From an uncultured Methanosarcinales archaeon (GTDB lineage: Archaea; Nanobdellota; Nanobdellia; Woesearchaeales; GW2011-AR9), in contig CAZOPZ010000001.1 in the NCBI GenBank assembly GCA_964582035.1, forward strand, positions 27,879 to 60,712: a DNA stretch of 32,834 nt, in the 5' to 3' direction. Positions 23,804 through 31,117 of this stretch are shown piece after piece. The stretch's first letter is position 1. The number at the start of each line of letters is the position of its first letter. The translations under genes were made by a program, and so were the position numbers. The notes beneath the pieces are model-generated. The model was not told the DNA's origin and did no database searches. It saw only the letters and a program-made list of their open reading frames with translations.

Positions 23804-25184
23804 GCAGCAGCATCCAATCTATGATGCAGCCATCATAGGAGGTGGCCCTGCAGGATATAGCGCGGCGCTCCGCATTGCGCAGTTGGGGGGAAAAGCGTGC
23901 CTTATTGAAAAAGATAAGGTGGGGGGCACTTGTGCTACTGTGGGCTGCATACCCACGAAAGCGCTCAGCCATCTTGCAGAATTTTCAAAAACAGCACAAC
24001 AGATGAAAGCTTTGGGGATTCGGAAGGGGGGCGGCTCTTGGAATTTTCAGAAAGTGCAGGCCCATATATGGCAGATTGTCGCAGATGCAGTGGCCGGCAT
24101 TCAATGGACACTCAAAAACCAGGGCATACCTGTAATTAGGGGAACTGCCGTCGTTACTGGAAAAAATGAAGTTGCAGTCTTAAATCAGGATGGCAAAGCC
24201 GAAACAAGCCTTGTTGCAAGAAACATTGTTTTGGCGACCGGATCATCCCCCAGACGGCTAGAACATCTCCCCCCCATCCTTTCAGTCATAACCAGTGATG
24301 AGGTGCTCTCCTTAGAAGCCTTGCCGAAAACTTTAGGCATCATCGGCGGAGGCTACATCGGGCTGGAATTTGCATCCATCTTTAGTGCTTTAGGAACAAA
24401 GGTGCATCTTATTGAAGCATTGCCAACCATTGCGCCCACAGAAGAACCGGAAATTGCCGATGCTATTCAGCGTTTTTTAAAAAAGTCCGGAGTAGAGGTC
24501 ATCACGAATGCCACAATAGGCACAGTACAGGAAACCAAATGTTCCCTCTCTCTCACTATCATCAGCGGGAATGATTGTCGATCACCACCTCTACAGGTTG
24601 AAAAGCTCCTCGTCGCCGTCGGAAGAGTTCCGAACCTGCCGGTCGAAGAGCTGCATCGCCTGGGTATCTCTTACACGCCAGCAGGCATCAGCGTGAATGC
24701 CTACCTAGAAACAAATGTTCCTGGAGTATATGCCATTGGAGATGTCATCTCCACGCCCCGGTTAGCGCATGTGGGTATCCATGAGGGGAGAGTCGCCGCT
24801 GAGAATATCATGGGAAAAAGAAGAGCAATATCGTATGCAACAATTCCCTCATGCATGTACACTGTTCCAGAAGTGGCCAGCATCGGCCAACGGGAAGGGT
24901 CTGTAGGAAGATGCTTTTTCTTAGCCAACGGGAAAGCCAAGGCCATGCACCGGACGGAAGGATTTATAAAAGTGTACCTCAAACAACAAAAACTAGTCGG
25001 AGCAGCAATAGTCGGATGGCAAGCTTCAGAACTCCTGGGGGTTGTTGCGGGTTTTTTAGGAGAAGATGTAGAAGAGATCAAGCAAAAGATTATAGCGCAC
25101 CCCACCCTCTCAGAAATGATTCCTGAAGCGCTGATTGATGCGGGACGGCAAGTTTCCTCCTCCCCGAAGCCGCTCTGGTCATGA
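23796..25184 (+). CDS. lpd: dihydrolipoyl dehydrogenase (E3)
   Basis: 462 aa with a TTG start overlapping the lipA stop. YDAAIIGGGPAG (FAD), GGTCATVGCIPTK (redox disulfide, nt 23931-23948), GGGYIGLEF (NAD) and the C-terminal HPTLSE. Confidence 0.9.
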   Translation: MPEQQHPIYDAAIIGGGPAGYSAALRIAQLGGKACLIEKDKVGGTCATVGCIPTKALSHLAEFSKTAQQMKALGIRKGGGSWNFQKVQAHIWQIVADAVAGIQWTLKNQGIPVIRGTAVVTGKNEVAVLNQDGKAETSLVARNIVLATGSSPRRLEHLPPILSVITSDEVLSLEALPKTLGIIGGGYIGLEFASIFSALGTKVHLIEALPTIAPTEEPEIADAIQRFLKKSGVEVITNATIGTVQETKCSLSLTIISGNDCRSPPLQVEKLLVAVGRVPNLPVEELHRLGISYTPAGISVNAYLETNVPGVYAIGDVISTPRLAHVGIHEGRVAAENIMGKRRAISYATIPSCMYTVPEVASIGQREGSVGRCFFLANGKAKAMHRTEGFIKVYLKQQKLVGAAIVGWQASELLGVVAGFLGEDVEEIKQKIIAHPTLSEMIPEALIDAGRQVSSSPKPLWS

Positions 25185-25960
25185 AACCGCTGGTAAAGAA
25201 AGAGATGGAATCCCTGCTGGAGAATAAAATCATGGAAAATAAAAGCGTGCAGATTCTCGAACACGAACGCCTCCCATATGCCGAAGGCCTAGCTTTGCAA
25301 CGCCGCCTCCAGATACAGCGGGAAAAAGAAGAAATTCCTGACACCATTCTCCTGCTGGAGCATGACTCCGTTTATACCGTGGGAAAAGATATGGCATCGG
25401 AGCAAGCCTTTATTAAAAAAAAACTTCCTGCACCTTTGGAGCATGTGGACCGAGGCGGAAAAATAACCTACCATGGCCCGGGCCAGTTAGTTGCTTATTT
25501 TGTATGGAAGATCACCCTGCCAGAAGTCGGCAATTTTGTCGATGCTCTAGAGAACCTTACAATCAGCCTTTTGCGCACGTATGGAATTGCGGCCTATTCC
25601 CGAAAAAGCGAGAAAGATGCGTATGGAAAAAACATTCGGGGGGCTTGGGCATGGGCAGACGGGATGCACAAAAAAATTGCCGCGCAAGGTATAGCGACTA
25701 AGAAAATAGCGGGAGAAGAGAACACGCTGGTGACTATGCATGGGTTTGCATTAAATGTTTCTACGGACTTGAGTTACTTCTCTTACATCCACCCCTGCGG
25801 ATTTACTTATGAAGTCATGGCTTCTATGGAATCTCTTCTGCAGAAAAAAATAGATATGCAAGAGCTGAAGCTGCTCCTCACGAATAAGCTTCAAAAAGGG
25901 TTATATGCTTCTGCTGATTGTTCCAAAGATAATTCCCCGGAAAGAACCCCTCTTACATAA
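25181..25960 (+). CDS. lipB: octanoyl/lipoyl transferase
   Basis: 259 aa. ATGA overlap with lpd. RGGKITYHGPGQLV, KKIAAQGI (catalytic Lys region), MHGFALNV and HPCG (catalytic Cys). Confidence 0.85.
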   Translation: MKPLVKKEMESLLENKIMENKSVQILEHERLPYAEGLALQRRLQIQREKEEIPDTILLLEHDSVYTVGKDMASEQAFIKKKLPAPLEHVDRGGKITYHGPGQLVAYFVWKITLPEVGNFVDALENLTISLLRTYGIAAYSRKSEKDAYGKNIRGAWAWADGMHKKIAAQGIATKKIAGEENTLVTMHGFALNVSTDLSYFSYIHPCGFTYEVMASMESLLQKKIDMQELKLLLTNKLQKGLYASADCSKDNSPERTPLT

Positions 25961-25970
25961 TTTTTAAATA
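25961..25970 (+). promoter_or_regulatory. TATA-like box (TTTTTAAATA) centred about 27 nt upstream of ATG 25993
   Basis: A/T-only 10-mer in the gap between lipB and E1 alpha. Confidence 0.3.
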
Positions 25971-25992
25971 ACCGAATAAAAGGCTTTTTTTG

Positions 25993-26949
25993 ATGGTTAA
26001 TTCCCCACAAGAAGCCCTCGCCCTCTACCAGAAAATGCTTTATATCAGGATGTTTGAAGAAAAAGTTACTTTTCTCTTTACCCGCGGGCTGATTCATGGA
26101 ACTGCCCATTTTTATATCGGACAGGAAGCGGTGGCTGTGGGTGTCTGTTCAGCTCTGCAGAAAGATGATTTTGTTACCAGCACGCACCGGGGGCATGGCC
26201 ATGCCCTTGCGAAAGGGCTTCATCCGGGCAGGTTCCTTGCAGAACTACAGGGGAAAAAAGATGGTTTTTGTGGAGGTCGGGCTGGCACGCAACATACCAT
26301 CTCTTTTACAGACCATTTTCTGGCAAATGGAGTAACCGGGGGTGCGGCAGTTACGGGAACAGGAATAGCTTTGGCTTACAAAATGCAAAAAAAAGAGCGG
26401 GTGGTGGTCTCTTTCATCGGTGACGGAGCCATGAATGAAGGGCACTTCCACGAAGCGCTTAACCTGGCAGCCGTTTGGAAATTGCCCATCATCTACGTGT
26501 GTGAAAATAATCTCTACGCCATGTCGACCCACACCCAAGAAACCATGATAGTCCAGGAGCTGTATAAAAGAGCAGCATCCTACGGCTTAGAAACGTTTGG
26601 TGTCGACGGCAATGATGTGCTCGCCGTACAGCAGCAGATACAAGCGATTATCGGCGGAGTGCGGGGAGGAAACGGCCCGGTATTCTTGGAGTGTAAAACC
26701 TATCGCCAGAGCGGCCACTCTAAAAATGACCAACGGGTCTATCGAACACGCAAGGAAGAAGAAGCATGGAAACAGAAAGATCCTATTCTCCGGCTTGCAC
26801 ACGTACTCAGAGGAACATTTCACGCTGCTGAAAGCGAGTTACAAGCAGTTCAGGCCGCTGTGGCTGAGCAAATAGAAGAAGCAGTGCACTTCGCAGAAAG
26901 CAGCCCTTTCCCGATGAAAGAAACGGCCCAGGACCACGTTTTTGCATAG
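25993..26949 (+). CDS. 2-oxoacid (pyruvate/acetoin-type) dehydrogenase E1 alpha subunit, ThDP-dependent
   Basis: GDGAMNEGHFHEALNLAAVWKLPIIYVCENN (ThDP motif) and YRQSGHSKNDQRVYRTRKEEEAWKQKDPI. The track start at 25990 is a TTG one codon upstream of the ATG. Confidence 0.88.
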   Translation: MVNSPQEALALYQKMLYIRMFEEKVTFLFTRGLIHGTAHFYIGQEAVAVGVCSALQKDDFVTSTHRGHGHALAKGLHPGRFLAELQGKKDGFCGGRAGTQHTISFTDHFLANGVTGGAAVTGTGIALAYKMQKKERVVVSFIGDGAMNEGHFHEALNLAAVWKLPIIYVCENNLYAMSTHTQETMIVQELYKRAASYGLETFGVDGNDVLAVQQQIQAIIGGVRGGNGPVFLECKTYRQSGHSKNDQRVYRTRKEEEAWKQKDPILRLAHVLRGTFHAAESELQAVQAAVAEQIEEAVHFAESSPFPMKETAQDHVFA

Positions 26950-26967
26950 GAGAATAAACACAAAAAA

Positions 26968-27930
26968 ATGAGAACCATCAGTTACCTGGAAGCGATCCGA
27001 GAAGCAATCATCGAAGAAATGAATAGGGACCCCACGGTATTTTTTATGGGGGAAGACATCGCTGCGTATGGGGGAGCTTTTGGTGTTTCCAAAGGCCTGC
27101 TCCAACTTTTTGGGCCGGAAAGAGTAAGGAACACGCCGATGTCAGAAGCGGCAATAACAGGTGTGGCTGCCGGAGCCGCCATTGCCGGCATGCGGCCCAT
27201 TGTTGAAATCATGTTCATGGATTTTATAACACTAGCCATGGACCAGCTCCTGAACCATGCCACACAATATCGCTACACCTCCAATGGGCAAATTAAAGTT
27301 CCTTTTGTCTTGCGGACGCCTTCAGGCGGTGGGAGGGGATACGGTTCGACGCATTCTAAATCCCTGGAACCCTTGCTGCAAGGAATACCTGGTCTGAAAA
27401 TAGTTGCTCCTTCTACAGCGTACGATGCCAAAGGGCTTCTCAAAGCTGCAATCCGGGATGACAACCCCATTATTTTTATTGAAAACAAACTCCTTTACTC
27501 AAAAGTTGGCGAAGTTCCCGAAGAGGAGTATATCCTCCCTTTGGAGCAAGCCACTATAGTGCGCGAAGGTTCGGTTCTCACAGTAATCTCTTACGGAAAG
27601 ATGCTTCAAGAGAGCGTGGAGGCGGTCACGCAGCTTGGGGCAGCAGTGGAGATTATCGACCTGAGAACACTGCGCCCAATTGACATAGCGTTGATAACGG
27701 CGTCCGTTAAAAAGACGGGAAAAGTGCTCATCGTCGAGGAGGGATTTAAAACGGGAGGCCTGGCAGCCGAGATTACGGCGCAGATTGGAGAACGGTGTTT
27801 CGATTACCTTGATGCACCCATAAGACGCCTGGCGTCGGAAGATGTCCCTATCCCTTGCACGCCCATTCTTGAACAGGAAGTTCTCCCCAACAAATCAAAA
27901 ATCATGAAAGCGATTCAAGAGCTGCTCTGA
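26968..27930 (+). CDS. 2-oxoacid dehydrogenase E1 beta subunit
   Basis: 320 aa. FMGEDIAAYGGAFGVSKGL, RVRNTPMSEAAITG, HSKSLEP and IDLRTLRPID. Confidence 0.9.
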   Translation: MRTISYLEAIREAIIEEMNRDPTVFFMGEDIAAYGGAFGVSKGLLQLFGPERVRNTPMSEAAITGVAAGAAIAGMRPIVEIMFMDFITLAMDQLLNHATQYRYTSNGQIKVPFVLRTPSGGGRGYGSTHSKSLEPLLQGIPGLKIVAPSTAYDAKGLLKAAIRDDNPIIFIENKLLYSKVGEVPEEEYILPLEQATIVREGSVLTVISYGKMLQESVEAVTQLGAAVEIIDLRTLRPIDIALITASVKKTGKVLIVEEGFKTGGLAAEITAQIGERCFDYLDAPIRRLASEDVPIPCTPILEQEVLPNKSKIMKAIQELL

Positions 27931-27931
27931 C

Positions 27932-29050
27932 ATGTACACCATAATCCTCCCAAAAATAGAGCCGAATACCGAGGAAGCAACTATTGTCGAATGGCTGAAG
28001 AAAGAAGGCGATCTTGTCAAAAAAGGGGAAGCCCTCTTTGTCATTGAAACTTCAAAGGCGGCAATTGAAGTAGAAGCAGAAGAAACGGGCACCCTCCGCA
28101 AGATCATGGTCCCCGAAGGGAAAACGGTTCCCGTCTTGAGCGTCCTCGGAGTCCTCGGGAGCAAAGAGGAGCCGCTGCCAGATCTTTCTTCTTTTTCTGC
28201 TCTGCCGACGAAACACAAACCAGAGCTTACAGAACAGATACCAAAAAAAATGGAAGGCCAAGAGCCAGCGCCTTTTCCAAAAGCTTCCCCCGCTGCCAAG
28301 AGGGTGGCTCGAGAGCAAAAGATTGAGCTCCACCAGATACCTGCCACCGGTCCAGGGGGGAGGATAGTCGAAAGTGATGTGTGGGATTACCTAAAAGCGA
28401 ACAAAGGAACCGGGAAAAATAACCAAAAGGATCGTGTTCTTATCATTGGTGCAGGGAGGGGTGGTGAAGTTGTTGCCGACATTCTCCAGCAGAATGGGTT
28501 GGTCGTGGTTGGCTTTTTAGATGACAACGAAACACTCTGGGGAAAAGAGCTTCTTGGTAAAAAAATATATGGGGGCCTGGGGCTTGTTGATCGGCTGCTC
28601 TCTGAAAAGATGTTTGATAGCGTGATTGTTTCTATCACGAGTAATATGAAGCTAAGAAAAATAATTTATGAGAGAATGGCTCTGAAGAGCATAAACTTTG
28701 TGAATGTTATCCATCCAAAAGCTGACATCAATTCTTCCGTAGAGCTGGGAAAAGGGAACATTATCGGGGCATTTGCGTATATTGGCTATGGCACAAGAGT
28801 CGGAAACAATAATCTCATAACGGCTCACAGTAATATTGAGCACCACAACATCTTGGGGAGCCACATCTTATTTGGGCCGGGAGTGATGACCAGCGGCAAC
28901 GTCACTATTCATGATGAATGTTCACTGGGAGCTGGCGTGAATATCGAGCCCCATGTGACGATTGGGAATAATGTGGCTATTGCCAGCGGGTCGACAGTTA
29001 TTTACGACTTGCCACCACACACGGTGCTGAAAAGCGAGGTAAAACGATGA
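27932..29050 (+). CDS. E2-like fusion of a lipoyl domain, a peripheral-subunit (E1/E3)-binding domain and a PglD/NeuD-type hexapeptide sugar N-acetyltransferase domain (no CAT-like E2 core)
   Basis: 372 aa. Residues 1-77 form the lipoyl domain (VIETSKAAIEVEA, K42 at nt 28055-28057). Residues 78-117 are a P/A/E-rich linker. Residues 118-154 are ASPAAKRVAREQKIELHQIPATGPGGRIVESDVWDYL (PSBD, nt 28283-28393). Residues 167-372 are RVLIIGAGRGGEVVADIL..GFLDDN followed by hexapeptide repeats with IEHHN (nt 28430-29047). No DHRxxDG motif is present. Confidence 0.8.
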   Translation: MYTIILPKIEPNTEEATIVEWLKKEGDLVKKGEALFVIETSKAAIEVEAEETGTLRKIMVPEGKTVPVLSVLGVLGSKEEPLPDLSSFSALPTKHKPELTEQIPKKMEGQEPAPFPKASPAAKRVAREQKIELHQIPATGPGGRIVESDVWDYLKANKGTGKNNQKDRVLIIGAGRGGEVVADILQQNGLVVVGFLDDNETLWGKELLGKKIYGGLGLVDRLLSEKMFDSVIVSITSNMKLRKIIYERMALKSINFVNVIHPKADINSSVELGKGNIIGAFAYIGYGTRVGNNNLITAHSNIEHHNILGSHILFGPGVMTSGNVTIHDECSLGAGVNIEPHVTIGNNVAIASGSTVIYDLPPHTVLKSEVKR

Positions 29051-30138
29051 TCCCTATCGCCAAACCCTTTCTCGGAGAAGAAGAAAAAATAGCGGTTTTA
29101 GAGGTACTGGATTCAGGAATCCTGGCGCAAGGCAAAAAAGTAAGAGAATTTGAACAGCAATTTGCGGCATTTGTCGGAGTGCAGCATGCGATCGCCACCT
29201 CCAACGGAACAACGGCGCTCCATGCAGCTTTGCTGGCTCATGGCATTCAGGAAGGCGACGAAGTTATCACCTCGCCTTTTTCTTTTATTGCAACGGCAAA
29301 TGCCATTCGCATGTGTGGAGCTACTCCCGTATTTGTGGATATCGATGAAAAAACATTGAATATAGATCCCGAGCTCATTGAAAAAAATATTACGAAAAAA
29401 ACCAAAGCCCTTCTCCCCGTGCACCTTTTTGGCTTACCCGCAGACATGGGAAGAATAACAGCTATCGCCGAAAGATACCAGTTAGCAGTCATTGAGGATG
29501 CCTGCCAGGCGCATGGTGCAGAAGTTCTCGGAAAGAAAGTAGGCTCTTTTGGCACCGGCTGCTTTTCGTTCTATGCAACGAAAAACATGACAACGGGAGA
29601 AGGGGGGATGATTACGACAGATGATAGCCATATTGCTGAGAAAGTTCGGAGAATTATCAATCACGGTTCCTCGCAGAAATATCATCACGAAATTCTGGGA
29701 TATAATTATCGCCTGACAGAGATAGCGGCAGCGCTCGGGCTGGCCCAATTAAAAAAATTGCCCAGATATAATGAAGCAAGAAAGCAAAATGCCGCACAAT
29801 TAACGGCTCTCCTCAGAGGAATACCGGGGCTCATTCTTCCCGTTTCACATGAAGGGCGCGTCTTCCACCAGTACACGCTGCGTATCACCGAAAAAAGTGC
29901 AAAGAATAGGGATGATGTGGTTCATTTTCTTGCCGATCACGGAATCCAAGCCGCGGTCTTTTATCCCGTGCCCATCCACAAACAGAAAGCGTACAGCGGA
30001 TATGAGACCGGCTCACTTCCGGTTGCGGAATGTATAGCAAAAGAAGTTCTTTCCCTCCCCATTCACCCAGGATTAGGATCAGAAGACTTGGCATACCTTG
30101 CTGCCCATCTCCACAAAGCGCTGGGTGAAAAGGACTAA
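29047..30138 (+). CDS. DegT/DnrJ/EryC1/StrS PLP aminotransferase (WbpE/GnnB/PglE-like nucleotide-sugar aminotransferase)
   Basis: 363 aa. ATGA overlap with the fusion gene. NGTTALHAALLA, SFYATKNMTTGEGGMI (PLP Lys) and GYNYRLTEIAAALGLAQL. Confidence 0.88.
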   Translation: MIPIAKPFLGEEEKIAVLEVLDSGILAQGKKVREFEQQFAAFVGVQHAIATSNGTTALHAALLAHGIQEGDEVITSPFSFIATANAIRMCGATPVFVDIDEKTLNIDPELIEKNITKKTKALLPVHLFGLPADMGRITAIAERYQLAVIEDACQAHGAEVLGKKVGSFGTGCFSFYATKNMTTGEGGMITTDDSHIAEKVRRIINHGSSQKYHHEILGYNYRLTEIAAALGLAQLKKLPRYNEARKQNAAQLTALLRGIPGLILPVSHEGRVFHQYTLRITEKSAKNRDDVVHFLADHGIQAAVFYPVPIHKQKAYSGYETGSLPVAECIAKEVLSLPIHPGLGSEDLAYLAAHLHKALGEKD

Positions 30139-30139
30139 G

Positions 30140-31117
30140 ATGATCAAAGTGGCGGTTATCGGAGTGGGCTCTATTGGACAACATCATGCACGGGTTTACT
30201 TTCACACTGAAGCGATACAGCTGGTAGCCGTCGCGGATGCTCAGGAAGAGCAAGCACAAAAAGTTGCTAAGCAATACAATACAAAAGCATACCAAAATTA
30301 CCAAGAATTGCTCGATAAAGAGGACTTTGATGCCGTGTCCATCGCCGTTCCTACGAGCTTACACCGCGAGGTCGCAGGCGCCATGCTCCGGAGAGGGAAA
30401 CACGTGCTTCTCGAAAAGCCGATTGCGGCTGCGGAACAAGAGGCCCAAGAGCTCATTGAACTGGCGGATAAAAACAATGTCAAATTAATGGTTGGGCATA
30501 TTGAGCGGTTTAATCCTGCGATTCTCGAATTAAAAAGGCGCTTGCAGAAAGGCGAGCTGGGAGAGATCTACCATGTCGATGTCCAACGGATCGGGCCTTT
30601 TCCTGCGCGGATCACTGATGTGGGGGTTATTATCGACTTGTCCGTCCATGATTTAGATATAATCACCCATCTTCTAGAGGACTTTCCTTCACGGATCTAT
30701 GCAGAAACCCAACAAAAGCTGCACCCCCATCATGAAGATTCGGTCACGGCCTTGCTTCGCTACCGAAACGGAGCGTTGGTCATCTTGAATGAAAATTATG
30801 TCTCGCCCACAAAGACCAGACAGCTTAAAATCTTCGGCAAGAAAGGGATGTTTCTGGTTAATTATTTGGATCAAGAACTGTATTTCTATGAGAATAAAAG
30901 CTTCTCAGCAGATAATTGGGAAAGCGTTACCGAAGGGGATATGAAGAAGATAATTATACCAAAAAAAGAGCCCTTGCAGCTAGAGATAGAAGCTTTTGTT
31001 TCCTCTTTCAGCCAGAATCTCCCCCCGCCAATAGATGGAACTGCCGGCTTAAACGCCCTGAAAATAGCCCATGCGGTCCTTCGTTCAGCAAGAGAGAAAA
31101 CAGTCATAGAATGGTGA
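30140..31117 (+). CDS. Gfo/Idh/MocA-family NAD(P) oxidoreductase (WbpB/GnnA-like nucleotide-sugar dehydrogenase candidate)
   Basis: MIKVAVIGVGSIGQHHARVY Rossmann start, VLLEKPIAAAEQEA (EKP motif) and MVGHIERFNPA. I prefer ATG 30140, 1 nt after the upstream stop. The track start at 30098 overlaps the upstream gene. Confidence 0.85.
   Translation: MIKVAVIGVGSIGQHHARVYFHTEAIQLVAVADAQEEQAQKVAKQYNTKAYQNYQELLDKEDFDAVSIAVPTSLHREVAGAMLRRGKHVLLEKPIAAAEQEAQELIELADKNNVKLMVGHIERFNPAILELKRRLQKGELGEIYHVDVQRIGPFPARITDVGVIIDLSVHDLDIITHLLEDFPSRIYAETQQKLHPHHEDSVTALLRYRNGALVILNENYVSPTKTRQLKIFGKKGMFLVNYLDQELYFYENKSFSADNWESVTEGDMKKIIIPKKEPLQLEIEAFVSSFSQNLPPPIDGTAGLNALKIAHAVLRSAREKTVIEW

Noticed and set aside
24701-25264. 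187-aa minus-strand ORF antisense to lpd and lipB
   Set aside because: It is antisense to two strongly supported genes and has no motifs. The same applies to 26245-26538, 26982-27263, 27895-28347, 29247-29555, 29885-30304, 30886-31284, 31218-31739, 32184-32561 and 32589-32819.
27932-29050. Annotating this ORF as an ordinary dihydrolipoamide acetyltransferase (E2)
   Set aside because: Only the lipoyl and E3-binding domains are E2-like. The C-terminal 200 aa are a NeuD/PglD-type hexapeptide transferase, and the DHRxxDG catalytic motif is absent.
30916-31110. 5' extensions of the track ORFs 30916-31998, 30098-31117, 12403-13176 and 11538-12437
   Set aside because: Each extension lies inside the preceding gene or in non-homologous low-complexity sequence. 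Internal starts placed right after the upstream stop codon give canonical N-termini (Rossmann or GT-A beginnings).
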